Shown in pieces: positions 28,250-38,280 of a DNA stretch of 64,000 nt (its first letter is position 1; every line of letters begins with the position of its first letter). Both the position numbers and the translations under genes were made by a program. The notes under the pieces are model-generated. The model ran no database searches and was not told the DNA's origin. It worked only from the letters and a program-made list of their open reading frames with translations. The stretch is from a virus: IMG/VR virus record IMGVR_UViG_3300019776_000919, positions 96,001-160,000 of that record; one strand, written 5' to 3'.

Positions 28250-28498
28250 TTATTCTGCTCTAGGCTTATCTATTAACAAATGAATACCTTTAGCCATCCC
28301 GTATCCAACCGCCCCGCCAATAAGACCTTCTTTCGGTATTCTGGATATTTTCTGTAATAAGCTTTGATTCTTATAGAAAGGGTGGGTAGCTCCTACTACT
28401 GCTCCCGTAAGACCTAGCGCGGTCGGGTTTAAAAAGCTTCTATCTGAAATCGGTCTACTAGGTTGATTCTCAGATATTTTAACCAGGTACTTATTCAT
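28250..28498 (-). CDS. NKYLxKI-motif small protein, Gly-rich hydrophobic
   Basis: Starts MNKYLVKIS. Confidence 0.75.
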   Translation of the reverse strand: MNKYLVKISENQPSRPISDRSFLNPTALGLTGAVVGATHPFYKNQSLLQKISRIPKEGLIGGAVGYGMAKGIHLLIDKPRAE

Positions 28499-28525
28499 AA
28501 GTAATCTTTGATAAAAAAATGAAAA

Positions 28526-28924
28526 TCAATACTTAGCATGATAATGATCCCCTAATAATTTTGTATATTTATTAGTGAAATCTTTATATGCATATTCATG
28601 GCTTGCCACAGGATTGCCTAATTTAGCCATATCGCTGGCATATACATCATGTAAAGCTTTGTGATCTTTTTTCAATTCCGGACCATGGACTTTAGAAGTA
28701 ATAGCGTCAAAATACGCTTGACCACTTATAGACTTACTTTTAGATTTCAATGAAAGTTGTTTTTTTACATTATCGTTATGTCTATTGAAATGCTCTACGT
28801 ATAAATTGTGTGAGTCATTCATAAATCTGTTGACTCTATCTTTAACTAAAGCATAATCGACCTTAGGTTCTTCTTTTTTATTGGAAAACGTAATTCCTGC
28901 AATTTTTTCTAAATATTTATTCAT
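28526..28924 (-). CDS. NKYLxKIA-motif protein
   Basis: Starts MNKYLEKIA. Confidence 0.8.
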   Translation of the reverse strand: MNKYLEKIAGITFSNKKEEPKVDYALVKDRVNRFMNDSHNLYVEHFNRHNDNVKKQLSLKSKSKSISGQAYFDAITSKVHGPELKKDHKALHDVYASDMAKLGNPVASHEYAYKDFTNKYTKLLGDHYHAKY

Positions 28925-30387
28925 GATTGATCTTTCATAACTTGTTTAATTTGGTCAAAAACAACTTGCTTATCATCGCTCATACCTGATAAGTATTTGT
29001 CTATTGATACCGGGGCTTTACCAAACATAGGCTTAGGATGAACACTTAGATAATGTTCAATGTCCATATGTCTTTCCTCTTTTGGCAAGTGTTCATGAGA
29101 TTCATATCTAGCCCCTCGTCCAACTACTTGCTTTATCTTGCTAGGGTTAAAGTGGGGTTCGAGTACTTGAGTTAGTTTAGTACCTTTAAGATCAAGCCCC
29201 TCTGCACCGGAGCTGGATACTAAAAGAACCTTAACTTTACCTGAATTGTAATTCTTTACCGCCTCATCTTTCTCCGCTTGACTTAGCTTGCCAGAAAACA
29301 CTACGTGAGGAATATCCTCTTCACTTAGTTTTTTAGCATATTCATGTACACCGGCATCTAAATAATTGCTATAGACAAGACCTTTAAAATTCTTATCCGA
29401 ACCCATTTTTGTTTTAAGATTTTCAACAGCCTTCTTTATCTTGGGAGTGTACTCGACATTTTCTGTGTCTTGATGCAGGTGACGATGAGAGTTAGAGACT
29501 TGACGAACTCCCGTTGAGAACGAATTTAACTGGGCTTTTTCTTGTTTATCTAAAGGGAGGTTATTTCTAATTTTCATTCTAAGCCAGAAAGGTATTTGAC
29601 CTTCCATAAACTTATACATTCTTCCTTGTTCAGGAGACATGTCTACTTCTATTGTTTTAGAAGAAGTAGTTGGAAATTTAGACTTAGATTCTGGATCGTC
29701 TTTTACATCGTAATAAGAAACGTGATCCTTAAACAGAGACCCTAATGCTTTCTTATTTCTAAGTACATCCACTTCTTTGGCGGGATGACGTAACAATACT
29801 TCCGCCAGACTTCTAGGTACTTTTTCTTTACCTAAAAAATGCTTTTCAAATTCTTTTCTATTCTCAGGTAAAACCTTGCCGCCATAAGCCATATTCATGA
29901 TAGGCGCAATATCAGCAGCATGGTTGTAGTTAGCAGTAGCAGTAGCTAACACTCTTTTGTCAGCGTCTTGAAATATTTCAGATAAAGCTTGAGTTCTTTT
30001 AGTTTCAGTATTGCGAAGACGTTGTGCTTCGTCGGCAATAGCTAGTACGTATTTATTTTTCTTTAGTTCTGGAGCTATTCTGGTAGCTTTTTCGTAAGAG
30101 TAAACATCAAGTCTTTTACGATCAATTTTTAACTTGTGTTTTTTAATCTCCTTATCTACGTTACTAACTAAGCTAGCGGGGGCTACAACCAATACCTTAC
30201 CATCTTTATTCTTGGCTTGAGCACGTTCAGCGGCAACTAAGAAGCCACGAGTTTTTCCAGAGCCCGTTCCCCAGTGTAAAACTACACCATCATTTTTTTC
30301 TAGCTTGTCTAAAGCAGCTTCTACATGAGGGCGTTCCTTTCTACTCTCGGGTTCTGACTTAGCAATTTTCACCAGGTATGGATTCAT
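28921..30387 (-). CDS. SF2/SNF2-like helicase with N-terminal NPYLVKIA motif
   Basis: GTGSGKT, DEAQ, TAT, AEGLDL, QVVGRGAR. Confidence 0.88.
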   Translation of the reverse strand: MNPYLVKIAKSEPESRKERPHVEAALDKLEKNDGVVLHWGTGSGKTRGFLVAAERAQAKNKDGKVLVVAPASLVSNVDKEIKKHKLKIDRKRLDVYSYEKATRIAPELKKNKYVLAIADEAQRLRNTETKRTQALSEIFQDADKRVLATATANYNHAADIAPIMNMAYGGKVLPENRKEFEKHFLGKEKVPRSLAEVLLRHPAKEVDVLRNKKALGSLFKDHVSYYDVKDDPESKSKFPTTSSKTIEVDMSPEQGRMYKFMEGQIPFWLRMKIRNNLPLDKQEKAQLNSFSTGVRQVSNSHRHLHQDTENVEYTPKIKKAVENLKTKMGSDKNFKGLVYSNYLDAGVHEYAKKLSEEDIPHVVFSGKLSQAEKDEAVKNYNSGKVKVLLVSSSGAEGLDLKGTKLTQVLEPHFNPSKIKQVVGRGARYESHEHLPKEERHMDIEHYLSVHPKPMFGKAPVSIDKYLSGMSDDKQVVFDQIKQVMKDQS

Positions 30388-31247
30388 TTTTGTTTATTTT
30401 CTAATTCTTTATCAACGTCTATACCGGGAGCAATACCCCAATTAAGCAACGCTTGTCTTCTTTTAGGTTGAACAGAGAGATCTTGCAGGGTAGGGTCAGC
30501 TTTTTGTAATTGAGCTAAATGCCTGGCTTTAAAGCTAATCCAACGTTTCATCTGACGCTCATCGTCATCGGTCCTCTTACCTGCCACATACCCTTTGTAC
30601 CATTGATACCAACCTTGGGGGTGTTCTTGATTGTGCCACGTATCAGGCCATTTGTCTAGGCTAGCTCGTACCTTGAAAAAATTGCCAGAAGGATCCCCGT
30701 CATTGTACTGAGACCCTTTATGAACCAACACCCCTAATCGTTGCATTTGATCAGGGGTTAAATCTGGACGAAACTTAGTCCGAACTTCCTCACTGGAAAC
30801 TGCAATCTTAGTTAGATATTTGTTTGAGTTCATTGTCGCCTTTTTTTCTAAACCTAGGTTTTTAAACAACCAAGGCTTACCTTTACCATACTTTGTTTCA
30901 TCCAATTTCTTTAACAAAAACCGAGACCCGTCCTTAGTAGAGATAACCAATTTATCTTCATCATCTTGGGGTTCTACCGTAGCTTTACGCACCCAGTCTA
31001 GATAAGTTACACCACCGCCATATTCACCTTTAGGTATAACTACTTTTTTACTTAAAGCGTATTCTCTATCATGGACAGGTTGCTCAAAAAGGAGTATTGA
31101 TTTACCCGGCTCAGGAAGTTCTTTTTTAGTAGCCCATGAATATGCCTTATCGCCTAGGACCATTCTATAATCCCAATGTAATCCCATTCGGTCAGCTTCG
31201 TGTCTCTGACGAGTAAATAATATTTGTTGACCTGATAGAGGATGCAT
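30384..31247 (-). CDS. LigD-type 3'-phosphoesterase (PE) domain fused through NKYLTKIA to a Trp-rich domain
   Basis: QRHEA...LHWDYR...YSWA...VH..EY...IPKGEYGGG matches the PE motif pattern; C-terminal PQGWYQWY...DDERQMKRW. Confidence 0.8.
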   Translation of the reverse strand: MHPLSGQQILFTRQRHEADRMGLHWDYRMVLGDKAYSWATKKELPEPGKSILLFEQPVHDREYALSKKVVIPKGEYGGGVTYLDWVRKATVEPQDDEDKLVISTKDGSRFLLKKLDETKYGKGKPWLFKNLGLEKKATMNSNKYLTKIAVSSEEVRTKFRPDLTPDQMQRLGVLVHKGSQYNDGDPSGNFFKVRASLDKWPDTWHNQEHPQGWYQWYKGYVAGKRTDDDERQMKRWISFKARHLAQLQKADPTLQDLSVQPKRRQALLNWGIAPGIDVDKELENKQK

Positions 31248-31313
31248 TGTAATTGAGTAATCTAAAAAATAGAACCTGGATTATACCAAGTTCTATTTTA
31301 GCTTTCCTGTATT

Positions 31314-32876
31314 TTAGAAAGGAAGATTGCCGTAGAATTCAGGCTTAGCCATCAAACTTAGCAATTCTTTTCTCGTAGCAGGAGAACCTTCAATTGAATT
31401 TACAAATTCTTCAACTTTCTTGTTTTTTGCATCAATTATGATTTTATGAAATCTCGGTTCTTTTGCTAAAATCCCCATAATGTCATTGATTCTAACTTTA
31501 GTAGAGATTGAGCTATTACGCCTTTCCAGGAAAAATGTCAATATTTTTCGTAAAGCATTTATCTTAGGGATATTTTCAAACGGGTGATCTTTGTTATTAA
31601 TTCGACTGAACATTTCTAAACAAATCGAATCAAATTGACCTTCTGGATTCCAATATGACCTGGATGTGATTGCAGTATAAAAACTGCTAAGGGAATACCC
31701 GTTGCTTGAAGTATTTTCGTAGAATGGTACGAAATCAGATAACTTAATTTTTTCCTTGAAAATTTCTTCCTTATTATCAATAATTGATATATGAGATTCC
31801 CATGTATTCGGGTCCGCATTTAGAAACGATAGGGTTAAGGATTTATCTAACCGAGGTATACCAAATAATTGATAGTCTGGAACTTTAAAAAGGACACTTG
31901 CAACATCTGTTGTTTTATTGACAGGGCCGCCTGGAATTCTAAATTGATAGTTGCTGATCCAAAAATGACAAATTTTGGATTTAACAATTCCGGAATTTAA
32001 ATCACCGGCAGTTACTTTTACGTAATAGCTCAAACAAATGCTAGCAGGGATATTCCTAGCCCCGTCTTCATAGACCTCAAACACATTTATCAGTGTTAAT
32101 TCCGTATTGAGCTTAGAGTATCCCAATGCATTATGTAGACTAACACCTGTTAAAATTACCGGTGTTGATCTTGTACTTTCTGCAACCGCTCTAGTATTAG
32201 AACTACTAGATTGGAAAAGATATCTAATAGCTAAATAGAAATTTCTTATGCTACTTGCTTTTTCTGCGTGCAGTTCGTAATGACTTTCATAACGATTTAG
32301 TTTTCTGCCAGCAATCTCCATCAAATCCTTTTGGTCAAATTTTATACCATGAATTCTTTTAACGGAACTGTCTAAGACAATTTCATTCATTAACGGTTTA
32401 ATCTTCAGGGTATTAAGTACATAAGATTCCCAACCGGTAATTTGACCCAGTGACCAAGCAGACCTGTCAAAACACAAAGGGGTTACGTCATTAAGCTGAT
32501 AATCAGACTTAACACCCCAACCAGCTTTGGACGGGGTAATAGAAGCATCCCCCCAGTTTATACTATCTTCAAAATCTAAAGAGTAAGGGTCAAATCTAGT
32601 GACAGCCCCGTCCGCAATACCAGCGGTTCTGGGGGTTTTTGCAAAAACACCCTGTACCTTTACAAATTTAGGTATCTTGAACCCTTTGACGTATTCTGCT
32701 CCAGGTACGTTTTCAAGAGTAGTACTCATTTTGAAAGACTCAAACTGAGGATACATACCGTCTGGAATAGAATTAGGTTGACCTAAAACAGAAGGTATTT
32801 TATTTGAAAGGGTTTCTTTAATAAGCTCTGGAACAGTTTCTGTTGATTCCAGTTTCACTTCAAAATCTGAACTCAT
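31314..32876 (-). CDS. hypothetical protein
   Basis: 520-aa ORF after a promoter motif; no recognised domain. Confidence 0.8.
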   Translation of the reverse strand: MSSDFEVKLESTETVPELIKETLSNKIPSVLGQPNSIPDGMYPQFESFKMSTTLENVPGAEYVKGFKIPKFVKVQGVFAKTPRTAGIADGAVTRFDPYSLDFEDSINWGDASITPSKAGWGVKSDYQLNDVTPLCFDRSAWSLGQITGWESYVLNTLKIKPLMNEIVLDSSVKRIHGIKFDQKDLMEIAGRKLNRYESHYELHAEKASSIRNFYLAIRYLFQSSSSNTRAVAESTRSTPVILTGVSLHNALGYSKLNTELTLINVFEVYEDGARNIPASICLSYYVKVTAGDLNSGIVKSKICHFWISNYQFRIPGGPVNKTTDVASVLFKVPDYQLFGIPRLDKSLTLSFLNADPNTWESHISIIDNKEEIFKEKIKLSDFVPFYENTSSNGYSLSSFYTAITSRSYWNPEGQFDSICLEMFSRINNKDHPFENIPKINALRKILTFFLERRNSSISTKVRINDIMGILAKEPRFHKIIIDAKNKKVEEFVNSIEGSPATRKELLSLMAKPEFYGNLPF

Positions 32877-32909
32877 AATGGTTAGACTTAAATTGGTTAA
32901 TGTATTTTT

Positions 32910-32918
32910 CTTATACCA
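32910..32918 (-). promoter_or_regulatory. promoter core TGGTATAAG (upstream box divergent)
   Basis: Intergenic exact 9-mer. Confidence 0.65.
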
Positions 32919-32974
32919 GAAATACTAGATATTTGTAATTGCATCTAATACTTCTTTACTGCTAAAATATAACC

Positions 32975-34801
32975 ATGTCTGAAAAGTTAACAACTCCTGG
33001 TGCAATATTACTTAAGCACTCTATGCCCAATAAAGAAACTAGGGATGACTATGATCTATATAGACCTTTGGATAAAAAAGGCGTAGCCAACGTAGTAGCA
33101 TCTTTAATGAAGCATGGTGGACCTGAAGCCGCTGAACACATAAATAGTTTGGGTAAATTATTCTTTAACACTGCAAGTGAAATCGGGGCCTCAACCCCTT
33201 TGTCAGACTACGTTAATAATAGTGATGAAAGACACGCTATTACTAATGAGTATGAAATGAAAGTAAACAAGATTATGCTTTCAGATAAATCAAAAGCTCA
33301 AAAGAATAATGAACTTAAAGAACTTACCGGACAATACAACTTAAAGATCGAAGACCAAAACTTAGCGTTTTTAGATAGTAAGGGCTCAGTAGCTGCTAAG
33401 ATGGCTAGAACGGGTGCCCGAGGAAATAAAGCTCAGTTGGCCAGTGGTACTGCCACTCCTCTAATGTCTTTGAATGTTAAGGGTGAGTTGATCCCGTTAG
33501 TTATTAAGAAAAGCTTTGCTGAAGGTATGACTCCGGCTGAATTAATAGCTTTGAGTTACATGGGCAGAAGTTCGACTGTAATGTCTCAGTTAAGTACATC
33601 TTTACCTGGAGCATTGTTTAAAAAGCTTTCACCTACTGTATTTCATGAAGTTATTACAACAGATGATTGCGGCACTAAGAACGGAATAGATGTTCCTACT
33701 GAAGATAAATCTAGTCTGCTAGGTAGATACACTGCAGGTTATAGTGTTTTAATCACCGAACCTTACTTGAAAGATGCAATCAATTCCGGCAAGAAAAACT
33801 TAAAAGTTAGAAGTGCCTCTACTTGTGAAGCTAAAGAAGGTGTGTGTCAAAAATGTTTTGGATTAATGGCTAACGGTAGATTACCCGAGATCGGGACTAA
33901 TGTAGGCGTTATTGCTGCTCAGAGCGTTTCAGAAATTCTAACCCAGCGCATGTTAAGTACAAAGCACCAAGCCAACGTTGGAGCCCGTAAGGGTAATGCG
34001 TATGAGTTAGCCGCCAATCTTATGAATAACCCCACGGAGAACTTTAAAGATGAGGCTACCTTGTCTACTAAGAACGGCATAGTGAACGATATTAAGAAGA
34101 CTGCACTGGATGCCTCTCATGTTTACATTGACGGTAAAATGCATTTCGTACCTATTGAACAACAAGTCTTGGTTCAAAAAGGTGACACGGTAAAAATTGG
34201 ACAACCTATTTCTACCGGCACTTTGAACCCTAGAAAGTTGGTAGATTTACGAGGTATCGGGGCCGGTAGAGAATACATGGCTAAAGAACTGAGAAGTATT
34301 TACGGAGGTGATTTAGATCCTCGCCATTTTGAAATTATCGCTAAAAATTTGATTAAGTATGTAGAAGTACAAAACCCTGGTAATACTGGACTTCTACCGG
34401 GAGATAAGGTAGAAGTTAACACTATTCGTAAGTATTTGGATAAAGGATCTGCTGCTGTACATATTAATAAAGCAGAGGGTAGTGTGTTATCCAAAGGAGT
34501 TGGTAACTTAGTACCTGGCACTTTATTGGACAAAAATCACATCGATGATTTAAAAGAATTAGGAGTAGAGTCAGTATCCGTGAGCAATACTGGATTGACT
34601 GTCAAGCCTATTGTCCCAGGCCTACAAACCGCTAAGATGCTAGATAAAAATTGGGTTTCTAAATTAAGTTTTTCAAGGTTGAGAGATTCATTAAAAGAAA
34701 GCACTGCTACCGGGGCAGAAAGTGAAATTCACAGCACTGATCCTATTGCTAGTTATGTAATGGGTTCAGAGTTTGGCGAAGGCGTACATGGTAAGTATTA
34801 A
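32975..34801 (+). CDS. RNA polymerase beta' C-terminal fragment
   Basis: TGARG, DDCGT, RSASTC...GVCQKCFG Zn site, GVIAAQSVSE.LTQ trigger-helix region, RHFEII. Confidence 0.9.
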   Translation: MSEKLTTPGAILLKHSMPNKETRDDYDLYRPLDKKGVANVVASLMKHGGPEAAEHINSLGKLFFNTASEIGASTPLSDYVNNSDERHAITNEYEMKVNKIMLSDKSKAQKNNELKELTGQYNLKIEDQNLAFLDSKGSVAAKMARTGARGNKAQLASGTATPLMSLNVKGELIPLVIKKSFAEGMTPAELIALSYMGRSSTVMSQLSTSLPGALFKKLSPTVFHEVITTDDCGTKNGIDVPTEDKSSLLGRYTAGYSVLITEPYLKDAINSGKKNLKVRSASTCEAKEGVCQKCFGLMANGRLPEIGTNVGVIAAQSVSEILTQRMLSTKHQANVGARKGNAYELAANLMNNPTENFKDEATLSTKNGIVNDIKKTALDASHVYIDGKMHFVPIEQQVLVQKGDTVKIGQPISTGTLNPRKLVDLRGIGAGREYMAKELRSIYGGDLDPRHFEIIAKNLIKYVEVQNPGNTGLLPGDKVEVNTIRKYLDKGSAAVHINKAEGSVLSKGVGNLVPGTLLDKNHIDDLKELGVESVSVSNTGLTVKPIVPGLQTAKMLDKNWVSKLSFSRLRDSLKESTATGAESEIHSTDPIASYVMGSEFGEGVHGKY

Positions 34802-34807
34802 TTAAAT

Positions 34808-35614
34808 ATGGCAACTACAATAAAAGGGGTTTCTGCTACTAGCGGGCAGAGAGTGGCCAAGATCAAGGATATAGTTAAAACCTTGATAGATTCTCATTTC
34901 CCGTCCACATTAGCTAGAGAGCCTGATATCATCAACGTAGTCAATGCACTTTGCTTTTTGGAAAGTTCTTATAACTATAATGCTGTTGGTGGGGTAGTAT
35001 CTTCTACTCCTCATACTGGCGGCGGTATTTATCTATCAAGCTCTGCAGTATCAGCAGTAATGAATAACCCGAGTTCAACTCCTACTCAGAAAAGTAATAT
35101 TTTGCAAGGACTTACTGCCTTAGGGGTTATGCAGGTAATGGGTCATAATTTTGTAAAAGGCGGAACCCCTTCTGGTAAATCTGAACTTGAAAGACTTAGA
35201 CCTGACATAGCCAGTACATTAGTAGTAAATCCCGGGGATGATATAAGAGCTTCTGTACTGGGGGAATCAAATTTACAAAAAGCAATTCTTGCAGGGTTAA
35301 TTATCCTGGAAGGTAAATATAGATCTGTTAATCAAACCGGTTCATATTTTTCTATTAAAGCAGATCCTTATGCTAGAAAATTTTCAAGTAGATTGCAGGG
35401 GGCTGTGGCTGCATATTTAGGATTAGGTAAACAAGACAAAAATGGTACTACTCCTGAGAACTATGCTAATCAAATATTAGGCGGTTCTATTTACGCCCAG
35501 GCAAATGGTAAAGGATCTATTTATGTCAGAGATACTGACTTAAATCTGGCTTTAGCATCTACCCCTTCTACCAACGGATCCAGTATGCATACGTTAGGCC
35601 CTGCTGGTTGCTAA
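34808..35614 (+). CDS. lytic transglycosylase/lysozyme-like protein
   Basis: LESSYN..A catalytic Glu, GVMQV motif, AAY. Confidence 0.7.
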   Translation: MATTIKGVSATSGQRVAKIKDIVKTLIDSHFPSTLAREPDIINVVNALCFLESSYNYNAVGGVVSSTPHTGGGIYLSSSAVSAVMNNPSSTPTQKSNILQGLTALGVMQVMGHNFVKGGTPSGKSELERLRPDIASTLVVNPGDDIRASVLGESNLQKAILAGLIILEGKYRSVNQTGSYFSIKADPYARKFSSRLQGAVAAYLGLGKQDKNGTTPENYANQILGGSIYAQANGKGSIYVRDTDLNLALASTPSTNGSSMHTLGPAGC

Positions 35615-35672
35615 CTCAATTATACATACGAACTAAAATAAGCTATAATCCCACAACAGTAACTAAATAATT

Positions 35673-37592
35673 ATGGAATTCTCAGACATCGCTTTGGCTA
35701 AGTTTTTGCAAGTTGCCCCGGAACTAGGCCCCTACATTCTTAACTTCTCAAAGATTAATGATGAAATGGGGGATGCTACTTCGGGAGTAGAAGTTGGTGT
35801 ATTTATTCTCAATACCGGTTCCGGCCTAGCGTATGTGCCGGTTATTGGTAAGGGTGATACAGTATTCCCTATTGATTCTATTTTCCTAGAATCGGAATCT
35901 CTGTTTAGACCTTTGAGCCCTTCTAGTATTTCATACATAGTAAATACTGCATCAACAAGCTTAGGTAAAACTGTTAAGATTCCAGACACTGTTGACCAAA
36001 ATCCAAGTTTGATGAACATGATCAATCCTCCTAGGACTGGTAAGTTCATATACGCGTCCGCTAGTAGACTGCCAGAATTCCTAGCCGTTGTACCAGGAAA
36101 CATCAGAAAAGCTCTGTTTGAAAAAATTGCATCCGAGCAAAGTGTTTACACTTCCCTGGATAAACTGTTTGGCCTCAAGGCTATTTTCTCTGTTCTCAAT
36201 GGGGATCATGGCGGCTCCGGCGTAGCTAACAATGTTGCTTCCGGACCCGATGCAGTTAGAGTAAACAATCTTTCTGTAATCACCACACCTCAAGAAGTAA
36301 AAGCTCTTTTAAATGACGCTGCTGCCAAAACTTTCTTGGATCAAGGCTATGTAATTCAAGGCGAACCTGGAGCTTTCAGAGCTGCCGTATCATACTTTCC
36401 GTATGATAAGATTGGTCAATACTTTAAGATTAATCCCGCATCAGACGGTGGAAAAGACTATAAGATTGCAATGGGTAATGGAGAGGTAAATACTGCTTTC
36501 ATTCCTAAATACCATTTGCTAAATCCCGTACCCTCTAAGAACTCTTTGGCTGCTGTATTTGCAGACGGTAGCTATGCTACTGGAGAAATGATTGCAGTTG
36601 GCGGACCTCTTCTAAAAGAAGATGTATTGAATTTAGTATTTTCACTAAACCCCCCGATCCTATTAAAAGAGTTAAATCAACAAGACAGATTCCTGATTTT
36701 TACTACCTCTGGAGAAGCATTAGGCCCCTTTACTGCTCACGGAGTTATTCGTACCAGCATGGGCGTTGAGATCAAAACTTATTCCGGTAAAGTAAAACGT
36801 ATTTGTGGTTATAATAATTTCACTAAAGAAGTTGATCAAGTAGGTGATACACTATTTGTACCCTTTAATGCAATCGTCCTTCCATTAAGAGAAGATGTCA
36901 CGTTAGACCTAGAACGAAGCATTAATGGGGCTTTAAACAAACAAGAACTTTGTGCATCACAACTATTGAGTCAGGAAATGAATCTCCGTTATGACGGAGT
37001 AGAGTTTTCAACTGACGACAGAGTCCTTGGTAAATTTGCCTCTGCTATGAAGTATCTAGTAGAGGGTGAGAATATTGAACCAGACGTAGCTAGCAATTTC
37101 CTGAAACAAGCTGAAGAAACTAGTTACTTGAAGATCTTCATGTCTAAGGAAGCATCTGCTGCTTCTACTGATTTCAAGCCAGCAGAAATTCCTCAGTATG
37201 GTACTTCGGCACCTATGGATCAACAAGTTGGTTTAAACGGGGCGCTAATCCCGTCAATACAATCATCAACTGCTTTAGGGGATTCTCAAGTAGTTGAATC
37301 AACTATTATTTCCCAACTGCTGCAAGTACCTGATTTATTTGAATATATTCAGGAATACTTGCCTGAACTAGAACAAACAGTTGATAGACTGGGTAGAATT
37401 CTATTCATGACTCGTGCTAAAATTGATCAAATTTCAGCGTCGTTGGATTCGGATTCTGTTTTCAGCATGATTTCTCAGATTAAAACAGTTTATCGCCAAC
37501 TCGGAGATACTACCTTGAAGCTCAAGGGTATGTCTAATATGGCAATCGGCTATAAGAGAGAAGACGCTGAGAATACACCTCAAGGCTCTTAA
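35673..37592 (+). CDS. probable virion/head protein
   Basis: 639 aa in the head module; K-x-A sites (EKIAS, LKQAE, SKEAS). Confidence 0.65.
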   Translation: MEFSDIALAKFLQVAPELGPYILNFSKINDEMGDATSGVEVGVFILNTGSGLAYVPVIGKGDTVFPIDSIFLESESLFRPLSPSSISYIVNTASTSLGKTVKIPDTVDQNPSLMNMINPPRTGKFIYASASRLPEFLAVVPGNIRKALFEKIASEQSVYTSLDKLFGLKAIFSVLNGDHGGSGVANNVASGPDAVRVNNLSVITTPQEVKALLNDAAAKTFLDQGYVIQGEPGAFRAAVSYFPYDKIGQYFKINPASDGGKDYKIAMGNGEVNTAFIPKYHLLNPVPSKNSLAAVFADGSYATGEMIAVGGPLLKEDVLNLVFSLNPPILLKELNQQDRFLIFTTSGEALGPFTAHGVIRTSMGVEIKTYSGKVKRICGYNNFTKEVDQVGDTLFVPFNAIVLPLREDVTLDLERSINGALNKQELCASQLLSQEMNLRYDGVEFSTDDRVLGKFASAMKYLVEGENIEPDVASNFLKQAEETSYLKIFMSKEASAASTDFKPAEIPQYGTSAPMDQQVGLNGALIPSIQSSTALGDSQVVESTIISQLLQVPDLFEYIQEYLPELEQTVDRLGRILFMTRAKIDQISASLDSDSVFSMISQIKTVYRQLGDTTLKLKGMSNMAIGYKREDAENTPQGS

Positions 37593-37600
37593 GATTAACA

Positions 37601-38242
37601 ATGGCACAAGTACATGCCAAATTTCTTTTAGTAAGACAAAAAACTACGGGGGTTGATGCCACCGTAGATGCAATTCTTTCTGGAAAACCAGAGGACAAAG
37701 ATACTAGGGCTTTATTTGATAAGGCCCGTAGTATTTATAATTCCCCGATTAAAAAAAGCTACGTAGAAGCTTGCTTAATGGCAACCACGGACATGGATAA
37801 GATAGGTGAACTATTATCCATGTCAAGAGAGTTGTTAGAGATGTATAAAAACATCTTCTTTGACATAGAGGGTTATGACAAGCTAAGCTTGATGGAGGTA
37901 ATTGAAAATGCCGACTCTCCCGATGAAAAAGGAATGAAGATTTGGGCATTGAGTCAAGGCCTGGACTTCGTAGCTTGGAGACTTGGAAAAGCCGTTAGTA
38001 TTAATCCTGTTGAAGGCTTGCAGGAATTATTTACCTTAGCTGTCTATAAGAGTAAGGAAGCTTTATTCTCAGGTAAAGATACTGAGGCTAGTAAAGCTGC
38101 TACTACTTGGACAAAACTGAGTATGGACTTAGCCCGTATTCTTAAAGCTTGGGTGTCAGACTCGGAAGCTGCTAAAGCTGATATTGAATTGGCTTTGAAA
38201 TCTATTGACCCTGAATTCCAAGGGTTTGACTCCATACAATAA
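37601..38242 (+). CDS. hypothetical protein (head module)
   Basis: 213 aa, helical. Confidence 0.75.
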   Translation: MAQVHAKFLLVRQKTTGVDATVDAILSGKPEDKDTRALFDKARSIYNSPIKKSYVEACLMATTDMDKIGELLSMSRELLEMYKNIFFDIEGYDKLSLMEVIENADSPDEKGMKIWALSQGLDFVAWRLGKAVSINPVEGLQELFTLAVYKSKEALFSGKDTEASKAATTWTKLSMDLARILKAWVSDSEAAKADIELALKSIDPEFQGFDSIQ

Positions 38243-38280
38243 AACTAATACTTATTAGGCCTACGAATTAAAATCAACTT

